64,000 bases of DNA from Candidatus Cloacimonadales bacterium (GTDB lineage: Bacteria > Cloacimonadota > Cloacimonadia > Cloacimonadales > JAIOQZ01), in NCBI GenBank assembly GCA_963665815.1, contig OY762463.1, positions 3,104,001 to 3,168,000 of the forward strand. The letters are read 5' to 3'. Below are positions 1-8,401 of the stretch, piece by piece; position 1 is the stretch's first letter, and each line of letters starts with the position of its first letter. The notes below the pieces were generated by a model that worked only from the letters and a program-made list of their open reading frames with translations, had not been told where the DNA came from and made no database searches. Position numbers and translations under genes: made by a program.

Positions 1-1823
1 TCAAAAGAATTTTGTCTCCGGAAAACGGCTCAATAGGCGATTTTGTTGGAGCTTCTGTTTCAATATCTCAGGATGACATTTTCGTTGGCTGCCCGGGACA
101 AGACTCGCAAGTTGAGAATTCAGGAATCATTTTACGGTATGAAATCCCGGAATACAGCGTTGACTTTCATGCTGATTTCCGGAGAGCTACTGCCGGAGAT
201 ACTATACAATTTTTCAGTGGAGCAGTTGGAAATGTTACTGAGTATCAGTGGGATTTTGATAATGACGATGTTATTGATTCTTATGATGAAAATCCTCAAT
301 ACGTATATACTGATCAAGGAAATTATGATGTTAAACTTTCTGTTCGAGATGAATTTGAAATTCGAACTATGATCAAAGAGGATTACATTAAAATAAGAAG
401 CTTATGGGATAACGAACATAAGTTAACTGATAATAATTCATTGGATGATTACGAATTCGGACATGATATAGCTTTTGATAATAATAACGCAATTGTACAT
501 TCTATCGATAACTCAGGAATTCTACCTGTAAATAAAATTACTTTTCTTACAAAGAATAATGGAACCTGGAATCAGATTCAGAGTATTGTAATTGATTCAA
601 GCTCTGCCGGACCGGTTGATATTGATATCAATGGTGATTATGCAATTCTAGGTTCAGCTTATGATAATAATCATGGTTATTGCTATGTTTTCCATAATGA
701 TGGTTCTACATGGGCCATGATACAGAGCCTTAAACCTTTCGATAATGCAGAATTTGCCAGATGCGGGACTTCTGTTTCACTTTCTGACTCCTTACTGGTA
801 TGTGGTGCTGAAGAAGGAAGAGTTTATGTTTGGAAAATTGATTCCGGTCAATGGATCCCGGACCAGACTATTGAACCGTCCGACGGTCTAATAGGACAGG
901 GTTTCGGAGAATCAGTTGATATACATAATGGAAAAATATTTGTTGGCGCTCCATATAAAACAAATTCCGGATTATCAAATGCAGGTTTAATATATTTGTA
1001 TGAAGCTGATTCTACCGGTTGGACAGAAACTCAGATTATTTCTCCCATGGAACCGCAGACTAATGATTTTTTTGGAAGCGATATGAATCTTTATGGTGAC
1101 TACATGATAATTGGAAAATTCAGACAGGATATTCATTCCGGAACAGATGGAGCTGCATTTGTATTTTATAACAATGCTGGAGTTTGGAGTGAACAGCAGA
1201 AAATTTTCCCGGATCTTGTTTCTGCAGGCAGTATGTTTGGTCGCAATGTTGATATAAATGGTGAATATGCCATTATAGGAGCAAGCTATGACTCTGAATT
1301 TTCAGAAAATAGTGGAGCGGCATTTCTTTACAAAAGAAATGGATATTCATGGGAATTCTATAGCAAGCTTAATCCGGAAGAAATATGTGCAAAAGCCAGA
1401 TTTGGACATAGAGTAATGTTTAATGATGACGAGGTAATGATTTCCGCACCATTCGACAGTGAGAATGGAACAAAAGCCGGCGCAGTTTATTTCTATCCTT
1501 ACGAGCAAATTCCTGTAAAGAACATTGAAGAAGAACTTACTTATTCTGTTATCAATGCTTCTAATTATCCAAACCCATTCAACCCGAGAACTACAATTCG
1601 ATTCAGTCTTGCTAAGCAACAGAATGTAAATGTTGCAATTTATAACCTGAAAGGACAAAAAGTAAAAACTTTACTTAATGAGAACTTATCAACAGGAACA
1701 CATGAGGTTGTCTGGACAGGCGAAGATAAATCAGGCAGACTGGTTGGATCTGGCGTATACTTCTACAGAATAGCTCCACAAAGTGGTAACGCGGTTGTAA
1801 AAAAGTGTATAATGCTAAAATAG
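1..1823 (+). CDS. Secreted FG-GAP repeat/PKD protein with T9SS type-A (FlgD-Ig) C-terminal domain; 5'-truncated by the window edge
   Basis: Frame is open upstream of the TTG at 12. Contains FG-GAP-like repeats (FGESVDI, FGRNVDINGEYAIIGA), a PKD motif (YQWDFDND..NPQYVY..GNYDVKLSV) and the C-terminal NYPNPFNP...SGVYFY...KKCIMLK. Confidence 0.85.
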   Translation, partial: KRILSPENGSIGDFVGASVSISQDDIFVGCPGQDSQVENSGIILRYEIPEYSVDFHADFRRATAGDTIQFFSGAVGNVTEYQWDFDNDDVIDSYDENPQYVYTDQGNYDVKLSVRDEFEIRTMIKEDYIKIRSLWDNEHKLTDNNSLDDYEFGHDIAFDNNNAIVHSIDNSGILPVNKITFLTKNNGTWNQIQSIVIDSSSAGPVDIDINGDYAILGSAYDNNHGYCYVFHNDGSTWAMIQSLKPFDNAEFARCGTSVSLSDSLLVCGAEEGRVYVWKIDSGQWIPDQTIEPSDGLIGQGFGESVDIHNGKIFVGAPYKTNSGLSNAGLIYLYEADSTGWTETQIISPMEPQTNDFFGSDMNLYGDYMIIGKFRQDIHSGTDGAAFVFYNNAGVWSEQQKIFPDLVSAGSMFGRNVDINGEYAIIGASYDSEFSENSGAAFLYKRNGYSWEFYSKLNPEEICAKARFGHRVMFNDDEVMISAPFDSENGTKAGAVYFYPYEQIPVKNIEEELTYSVINASNYPNPFNPRTTIRFSLAKQQNVNVAIYNLKGQKVKTLLNENLSTGTHEVVWTGEDKSGRLVGSGVYFYRIAPQSGNAVVKKCIMLK

Positions 1824-1900
1824 TAGTCCATTGTAATGGATTACAACGTGATCCTTGCGAGGAATACGTTTTTAAAAGCATCTTATAAGCAATTTAATAC

Positions 1901-1930
1901 AAGCTCTGAAGAAATTCAGGGCTTTTTCTT
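1901..1930 (+). terminator. Rho-independent terminator
   Basis: agctctgaa-gaaa-ttcagggct followed by a T run. Confidence 0.8.
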
Positions 1931-1984
1931 CTTGAGGTGAATAGATGTGTCATTGCCCAGATCCGTTCAGTAAAAGTAGAGTTG

Positions 1985-2061
1985 GAGCACTTTGCGTCAT
2001 TGGAGTGTAGTTGACTCGGTTTATCAAAAGCCGTTTGATTTTGCAATTATGCAAAGCTCTC
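1985..2061 (-). repeat. MITE-like dispersed repeat, copy 1
   Basis: Ends gagcactttgcgtca / ttatgcaaagctctc. The reverse complement shares gcaaaatcaa and gtcaac..cca blocks with the copy at 5780 and cgagtcaacta with the copy at 42731. Confidence 0.6.
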
Positions 2062-2150
2062 AGATGATTTCTTTAATATGAGATTAACAGTTCCACCTTT
2101 TATTGAATGTAATGTAATCAATATATCTGTGTTTCAAATTGTTTCCACTG

Positions 2151-3029
2151 TTATAGATGTTCTCCTTCAACTTCAACGTGAATTGTCGATTCAACACCCA
2201 GTTTGTCCATTAGAGCTATTTCAATTCCTGTAGCCCGTGTATGAGCTTCTCTGAGTGTTATAGCTCCGGGCAGTTTGATATGAAATGTGATCTCTTTATG
2301 ATGCCCATAGTTGTGAACATGGATATGGTGCATATTCAGATCAGAACCTTCTTTTGCAATACATATTTCTCGTATTCTGCCTTCCAGGTCGTCAGTTATG
2401 CTCTCCCCCATAAGCGTATGGAAAGACTCCTTAAGTATACCGAATGTCGCATAGAAAATCATGCAGGAAACAATTATACTTAGTACACCATCCATCCACC
2501 AAAAGTACTTACCCAGGAAAATACCAATCAGTATTACAACTGAAGATAGTGCATCACTCCTGTGATGCCAGGCATCGGCCTTCAGAGTAGGTGAATCGGA
2601 TTTTTTGTATGCCCACAGGGCATATTGTGCCAAAGCTTCTTTCACAATTATAGACAATACTGTAACTACTATTGCAGACATTGTATAGATCGTTTCCTCT
2701 CTTACAATTATCCTCTTTATCCCTTCCCAGAAGAATTTTGCAGCAATTATACTTAACAACACTCCAATAATGTTTGTTGCAATAATTTCCGCTCTGCCAT
2801 GACCAAATGGATGTTCTTTATCCGGAGGTTTAGAAGAGTATTTTACTCCCAGAATAACGATAAGGGATGAAACACTATCAGAAAGAGTATGCCAGGCATC
2901 TGCCATAATTGCCAGAGAATGAGTCATGAGACCGACAACCAGTTTAAAAGCAAACAAGACAATGTTTGTTACAATCGATATCCAACCTTCCAGATATGCG
3001 TAATGATTCCTTTTTTTAGCATCCATCAT
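2151..3029 (-). CDS. Cation diffusion facilitator (CDF, FieF/CzcD-like) transporter
   Basis: ADAWHTLSD, PPDKEHPFGHGRAE and ADAWHHRSD motifs; C-terminal dimerisation domain. Confidence 0.93.
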   Translation of the reverse strand: MMDAKKRNHYAYLEGWISIVTNIVLFAFKLVVGLMTHSLAIMADAWHTLSDSVSSLIVILGVKYSSKPPDKEHPFGHGRAEIIATNIIGVLLSIIAAKFFWEGIKRIIVREETIYTMSAIVVTVLSIIVKEALAQYALWAYKKSDSPTLKADAWHHRSDALSSVVILIGIFLGKYFWWMDGVLSIIVSCMIFYATFGILKESFHTLMGESITDDLEGRIREICIAKEGSDLNMHHIHVHNYGHHKEITFHIKLPGAITLREAHTRATGIEIALMDKLGVESTIHVEVEGEHL

Positions 3030-4015
3030 TTTCCCCTGCCATTCCTTTGTCTTCTCAGACGTTTAAGATGTAAATCGAATGTCTCAGAGAAAATATGACC
3101 TCCTCTGCCGTCCGCAAAGAAATAAAAGTAATCAGTATTTTCAGGTTGCAGGACAGCACTGATAGCAGATTCAGATGGACTACAGATTGGAGTTGGCGGT
3201 AATCCTGTATAAAGATAAGTATTGTATGGTGAGTCTATTTTTAGATCTTTGTAATATATTTTCTTTCTGCGTTTACCTTGTTGTTCAAGGACATAGGCAA
3301 CAGTGGGATCTGCCTGAAGTTTCTGGTTTATTTCTACCCGATTCATATATACAGAGGCTATCCGGGGTTTTTCTGACTCAATTCTGGCTTCACGTTCTAC
3401 AATTGATGCCAAAGTCATAACTTCATAGAAATCAAGCTGCGTATTTACTTGAAAATCCATAACAGACATTATCTTGTAGAAATGTTTGACAATTGTTTCA
3501 ATAATGAATTCTTCACTTACATCTGCAGGGAAATGATATGTTTCCGGATAAATAAAACCTTCAAGAGATTTAACAGGGAATCCGGTAACTCTGGTGGCAA
3601 AAGTAGAATCATTAACAAGAGAATCAAATCTTGCAGCATTCACAAACTCGTGGTTATTCATGATAGCTGTTACTTTTTTGAGAGTTAAGCCTTCCGGAAT
3701 TGTTATTGGATGCATCTGCACTCTTGCTTTATGTATTTTATTCAGTATTCCCAAAATACTCACTCTACCTTTGAAAAGATAATGTCCGGGACTAAGTCTA
3801 GTTTCAATACCCTTCACTCTTGCCAATATTTTAAACCAGAAGGGATTGCGAATAATTTCGTTCTCATAAAGAATACGAGCAATTCGGCTTGCACTGTCAC
3901 CGTTTTCAATCGCAATTACTTTTTCAGGCAGTGTATATGTTTTGAAGACTGTATCAATATAAACACATGTCATCACAAAAATAAGTGCAATAATACTGAT
4001 GAAGAAAAGTCTCAT
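3026..4015 (-). CDS. mltG: Endolytic transglycosylase MltG (YceG)
   Basis: TIPEG, LEGFIYPETY, LASIVERE, LQADPTV, SPYNTY..GLPPTPI motifs. Confidence 0.95.
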   Translation of the reverse strand: MRLFFISIIALIFVMTCVYIDTVFKTYTLPEKVIAIENGDSASRIARILYENEIIRNPFWFKILARVKGIETRLSPGHYLFKGRVSILGILNKIHKARVQMHPITIPEGLTLKKVTAIMNNHEFVNAARFDSLVNDSTFATRVTGFPVKSLEGFIYPETYHFPADVSEEFIIETIVKHFYKIMSVMDFQVNTQLDFYEVMTLASIVEREARIESEKPRIASVYMNRVEINQKLQADPTVAYVLEQQGKRRKKIYYKDLKIDSPYNTYLYTGLPPTPICSPSESAISAVLQPENTDYFYFFADGRGGHIFSETFDLHLKRLRRQRNGRGK

Positions 4016-4016
4016 A

Positions 4017-4433
4017 TTACATGCTCTGAAGATATGATCGAAGAATCAGTGAGGCTGCGATCTGATCTACGATTTTCCTTCCCTGTTTGGGTGAAAGTCC
4101 CATTTTTCTTATTTCGGCTTCTGATTCTTTGCTTGTGAAACGCTCATCCTGCCATTTAACAGGAAGATCAATTGATTCTTTAAGAAGTTGACAGAAATCT
4201 CGTGTCTTACCTGTCTGAATTGTATCTTCACCGGAAAGATTGAGTGGAAGTCCTAATACAATTTCCTTAACACTCTGTTCTCTGATAATTTCGATAATTT
4301 CACTTATTACCTGAGTATCAGACTCAAGCTGAATTGTTCTGTAAGGTGATGCAATAATCCTCATAGGATCAGACAATGCAATCCCAACTCTTACAGTTCC
4401 ATAGTCTATTGCCAGTACTCGGTAATATTCCAT
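4017..4433 (-). CDS. ruvX: Holliday junction resolvase-like RuvX/YqgF (pre-16S rRNA nuclease)
   Basis: LAIDYGTVRVGIALSD, GLP, DERFTS, VDQIAA motifs. Confidence 0.95.
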   Translation of the reverse strand: MEYYRVLAIDYGTVRVGIALSDPMRIIASPYRTIQLESDTQVISEIIEIIREQSVKEIVLGLPLNLSGEDTIQTGKTRDFCQLLKESIDLPVKWQDERFTSKESEAEIRKMGLSPKQGRKIVDQIAASLILRSYLQSM

Positions 4434-4442
4434 ACTTCATCC

Positions 4443-5018
4443 TTAAACATTTGATTCATCAAGCCATTTACAAATTTTCCATTCATTATTGACTTTTCTG
4501 ACGATGAACCTCGCCTTTCCTTCGGAAGTAATACTTCCTGAAAAGTCAAAATACAGGCTTAATTTGAAATCACAGGGAATAACAATCTCATTTTCGAATG
4601 TATCCTGATCATTAATGTACCAAATATTTTCAGGGGGGATTACCAAGACAAGAGAAATATTTGAAGGTGCAGGATATTTTCCATCACTTGATCCTGATCC
4701 AAACAAGTTTCGATGGTATTCAACTTCCTGTTCTTTAAACCAATAGTTATCTTTGAGATCATCTCCATCAATATCTATACCAATTTCACTGTACTCAGAA
4801 GCAATAAGATAGAACTGAAAATCACCGGTCAAACAGGACTCATACATTTCGATATCCATATTATTGTATGATGTCTCAAGTTTGTTCAGCAAATCCACGG
4901 GAGTACCGGCCGAAGCAGGTTCAGGATCATAATCTCTGATTTCAGGATGAAACGGATTCTTACAACCCAGAATTAACAGCATTATCATCAAAACTGACAT
5001 TTTACTGATATAATTCAT
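4443..5018 (-). CDS. Lipoprotein of unknown function (NTF2-like fold suspected)
   Basis: Lipobox ILGC; C-terminal WKICKWLD; similar to the neighbouring gene. Confidence 0.65.
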   Translation of the reverse strand: MNYISKMSVLMIMLLILGCKNPFHPEIRDYDPEPASAGTPVDLLNKLETSYNNMDIEMYESCLTGDFQFYLIASEYSEIGIDIDGDDLKDNYWFKEQEVEYHRNLFGSGSSDGKYPAPSNISLVLVIPPENIWYINDQDTFENEIVIPCDFKLSLYFDFSGSITSEGKARFIVRKVNNEWKICKWLDESNV

Positions 5019-5577
5019 ATTTCATCCTTCCAATAGTATTATCTCCGTTTTCGCGATAATCGTACCATTGATAAATTTTCCAGAAACCGCTGACATTCTT
5101 CAATATAATCTTCCATTTACCTTGAAATATTTCCGTATCTGTTTCTCCTTCAACATACAGATTATAGTATCTTATCATCTCTGCCCGATTAGTTTGTATC
5201 TCATCATCATCATATTGATCGAGCTGGAGAGTTATACCATTATTATCCGAGTAACTTGTATGAAACAAATTCAGACTTTCAATTTCGGATTCACTGTTCC
5301 AGTTACTGGAAATATCATATTCAACAATATCCTGACTTGCAAAGTAATATTTGAAATCATCATCAAGAATCTCATTATACTTTGCGACATTCTGTTGGTC
5401 CTGAAAAACATAAATAATATTTTCCAACGCCTTTTCCGGCGTAACCACAAACGTATTCCACTCAGTATTGTGCTGAGGTGGATCAGACTCTCTCGGTGAA
5501 AATATTCTGCATCCCCAAAGAACCTCTATCAATAATATAATGATACTCATACGAAACAGGAAAATATATTTACTCAT
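5002..5577 (-). CDS. Lipoprotein of unknown function, paralog of 4443-5018
   Basis: Lipobox LWGC; TPEKAL and WKIYQWYD motifs. ATG at 5577 preferred; the track's TTG at 5616 is part of a TTGACA hexamer. Confidence 0.6.
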   Translation of the reverse strand: MSKYIFLFRMSIIILLIEVLWGCRIFSPRESDPPQHNTEWNTFVVTPEKALENIIYVFQDQQNVAKYNEILDDDFKYYFASQDIVEYDISSNWNSESEIESLNLFHTSYSDNNGITLQLDQYDDDEIQTNRAEMIRYYNLYVEGETDTEIFQGKWKIILKNVSGFWKIYQWYDYRENGDNTIGRMKYELYQ

Positions 5578-5779
5578 ATTAAGACTATCATTGTGATTAA
5601 AGCAATGCTCTGTCAAACATTATTTATCTGGATATGGAATCCCTGTAAACTGGTCATTACAGTGTATTAACAAGTAATTTCATAATCTTCCACATGGGGG
5701 AAAAAATGAGATATTCTCAAAAATTACTAATACTTTGTCATTTTTCGTCCCCTTTTTAGAGCTTATGAGTTATATTAAT

Positions 5780-5835
5780 GAGAACTTTGCATAATAGCAA
5801 AATCAAGTCAACCACACCAGTTATGCAAAGGTCTC
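5780..5835 (+). repeat. MITE-like dispersed repeat, copy 2 (near-perfect terminal inverted repeats)
   Basis: gagaactttgcataa ... ttatgcaaaggtctc. The inverted repeat extends to 24 bp (5771-5794 / 5821-5844) with one mismatch. Confidence 0.7.
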
Positions 5836-5861
5836 ATTAATATATAAAAAAGGAGCTGCTT

Positions 5862-6008
5862 ATGATAGAGGAGATATTGATTAAAGTCGATAAGGTGGCA
5901 GAAGTAAGAAAAACACAGGAACTGCCTAAACTGATATTGATGATCAATGACTTGAAAAGAAAGCGTCCTGTCGTAGGATCAATGAAAGATCTTGAAAAGG
6001 TGCATTAA
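5862..6008 (+). CDS. Small hypothetical protein (48 aa), not in the ORF track
   Basis: AGGAG at 5851-5855, ATG at 5862, MIEEILIKVDKVAEVRKTQELPKLILMINDLKRKRPVVGSMKDLEKVH, TAA at 6006-6008, terminator directly after. Confidence 0.6.
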   Translation: MIEEILIKVDKVAEVRKTQELPKLILMINDLKRKRPVVGSMKDLEKVH

Positions 6009-6024
6009 CTGTACGGATTTTAAC

Positions 6025-6057
6025 AAAGGCTGAGAGTTGGGTTCTCAGCCTTTATTT
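6025..6057 (+). terminator. Rho-independent terminator
   Basis: aaaggctgaga-gttgggt-tctcagccttt, then attt. Confidence 0.75.
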
Positions 6058-6235
6058 AAATATGAACCTATAAGAAATAAAGATGAATACATGACTCATG
6101 ATAGTTTTGCCTGTCAGCTATAATTTTCAGTATTGAATCAACAGTTTCGATAACAACATTTGAAGAAATATCTTGATTAATATCTGTTAACAGCTCATTA
6201 TTGATCAACATTGAAAGTCACAATATGAGAGTGCG

Positions 6236-7528
6236 ATGAAGAAGAATACAAGAAAAAATCAGTTCTGGCTGACAACCTCAATAAGAGTCCTGTTATTCAT
6301 GACCGCTTTTATCCTGCTTTCTATCTTTATAAAAAACTCATTCACAAAACTTCCAGATACAAAAGTAAAACAGAAAATGCTGGTAACAAGTATCCTTAAT
6401 AATCTGGAAAAAGGAATGCATGAGAAATCAATCATTAATTTTAATCAGAGGATTTTCCCTGAAGGTTCTTGTTTTTCTTTACTTTTGTATTCAGTCTCCT
6501 GGTCTAACATCGCAATTTTGAACCAGGATGATACTGAACTTGTCCGAAAGGCAACTAATGAAGCTGTATGGGCAATTGAAGAGTTTAGAAAAGATTATGT
6601 TACATCAATTTTTACGGACACTGAGATTGAAAACGGTATACTTTGGATGGGGCAGTTAAATCTTATGCTTGGAAAGTTTGTAACTCTTGTAAAAGATAAC
6701 CCTGAGTACTCAGATTATGTCAATATGTTCCATACATACTCAAACATATTAAATTCCGCTTACGAAGAAAGCTCATTCTGTCTACTGAACACTTATCCTT
6801 TTGGTTGCTGGACTGCAGATAATGCGACTGCAATATTGTCATTGGCATTGCACGATCAATTATTCGGATCTGATTATATTAAAACATGTTCGCGCTGGAC
6901 AAACTGGTTTCTCGAAAATCCCGACGAAACTTGCGGACTTCCTGTAGCCAAAGTAAACAATAAGAATGGTTTCCCCCATGAACCTGCACGAGGGAGCAGT
7001 AATTCGTGGATTATTACAATATTGTCCCACTTTGACACAAAAACAGCTTTTTCGCTATACAAAAAACACAGAAAACATTTCACAAACAAACTGATTGGGT
7101 TCAACACATTCCGAGAATATATGAAGGGTTCACGTTTTAAACCGGATGTAGATTCAGGACCGGTTGTTTTGGGTTCAGGGGTTACTGTATCTGCTTCGTC
7201 AATAATAACTGCTGTATTGTGTAAAGACTATGAAACGGCAAATGACATCAATATAATATTGAATATGTTTTGCTATCCCCACACATTTACCAGAAATGGA
7301 AAATCATATAGGTCTTATCTGTTTAACAAGTTTCCAATGGGAGATTTATTCATTGTCTGGCAGTATAGTATGCTGGATGTTAATGAAATTGCATCAGATA
7401 AGAATTCAGGTAAATCCAACGCATGGCTTTTCAGGCTGATTCTAATTGTTTTTCTGTTTATTACTTTGATTTATCTAAGACAAATCATCAAATCTATATT
7501 GAATCATTACCAATCTAAAAGTAAATAA
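6236..7528 (+). CDS. Membrane-anchored protein resembling the linalool dehydratase/isomerase-like (alpha/alpha) toroid family
   Basis: N- and C-terminal TM helices; TYPFGCWTADN, ARGSS, FREY and DVDSGPV motifs; family recalled from memory. Confidence 0.5.
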   Translation: MKKNTRKNQFWLTTSIRVLLFMTAFILLSIFIKNSFTKLPDTKVKQKMLVTSILNNLEKGMHEKSIINFNQRIFPEGSCFSLLLYSVSWSNIAILNQDDTELVRKATNEAVWAIEEFRKDYVTSIFTDTEIENGILWMGQLNLMLGKFVTLVKDNPEYSDYVNMFHTYSNILNSAYEESSFCLLNTYPFGCWTADNATAILSLALHDQLFGSDYIKTCSRWTNWFLENPDETCGLPVAKVNNKNGFPHEPARGSSNSWIITILSHFDTKTAFSLYKKHRKHFTNKLIGFNTFREYMKGSRFKPDVDSGPVVLGSGVTVSASSIITAVLCKDYETANDINIILNMFCYPHTFTRNGKSYRSYLFNKFPMGDLFIVWQYSMLDVNEIASDKNSGKSNAWLFRLILIVFLFITLIYLRQIIKSILNHYQSKSK

Positions 7529-7668
7529 TCTTAGTTGGACTCATTTGAACTTTTTAACTACTGCTATTAAATAAATTCCTTCGCAATTTAAGGTTTTAAA
7601 ATCTCATTGACAGCAAATAACTGCACAGAATTTTCAAACCTTAAATAAAATGGAGGATTACACTTCAC

Positions 7669-8235
7669 ATGGAGAATAAAAAGTTTGGAAATCCTGCAGT
7701 TGTTGGACTTGCAGGTTTCGGTCTCACTACATTTATATTGCAGATTCATAATCTTGGTCTCTGCGGAATTGGACCTGTATTGGCAATGGCTCTGATTTAC
7801 GGTGGTCTTGCTCAGATGATAGCCGGATTTCAAGAGCAAAAAATGGGGAACAACTTTGGATACTCAGCTTTTGTATCTTATGGTTCTTTCTGGATAGGAC
7901 TCGGCATAATCTGGTTGCTTAATCATTTTGGTATTTATAAGCTTTCAACAACCGATGTTGGCTGGTACCTCGTCGCCTGGACAATCTACACATTCATAAT
8001 GTTTATTGGAGCAATAAGAATTCATACAGCTATGGCTGTTACATTCCTGTTGCTGCTTATAGGGTTTATCCTGCTTGACCTTGGGCATTTCGGATTTCCG
8101 ATAATGAATAAAGTAGCAGGTGTTGAACTGATTGTTTGCGCTTGCTCAGCCTGGTATATGATGGCTGGCATTATCTGGAATGATCTTGCCGGTAAAACTG
8201 TTTTACCAATGGGAAAACCCTGGATAAAGTCATAA
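7669..8235 (+). CDS. satP: Acetate/succinate uptake transporter (GPR1/FUN34/YaaH, SatP)
   Basis: N-terminal FGNPAVVGLAGFG signature; YGGLAQ; six TM helices. Confidence 0.9.
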   Translation: MENKKFGNPAVVGLAGFGLTTFILQIHNLGLCGIGPVLAMALIYGGLAQMIAGFQEQKMGNNFGYSAFVSYGSFWIGLGIIWLLNHFGIYKLSTTDVGWYLVAWTIYTFIMFIGAIRIHTAMAVTFLLLLIGFILLDLGHFGFPIMNKVAGVELIVCACSAWYMMAGIIWNDLAGKTVLPMGKPWIKS

Positions 8236-8262
8236 ATAAGCTTTGTACAAAGTTACAATATT

Positions 8263-8292
8263 AAAAGGACAGAGAAATCTGGCCTTTTTTTA
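8263..8292 (+). terminator. Rho-independent terminator after satP
   Basis: aaaaggacaga-gaaa-tctggcctttttt. Confidence 0.75.
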
Positions 8293-8338
8293 TTAACGAG
8301 TTATGCCAATAATCAGAAGCTATAGAGTCTATAAAACA

Positions 8339-8367
8339 AGTAAAGGGCTGAAAATCAGCCCCTTACT
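8339..8367 (-). terminator. Terminator hairpin after the 1724-aa gene
   Basis: agtaaagggctga-aaa-tcagccccttact. Confidence 0.6.
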
Positions 8368-8401
8368 CAGTCTTTGGATTGTACTTTATTCTAAAACAAC
8401 A

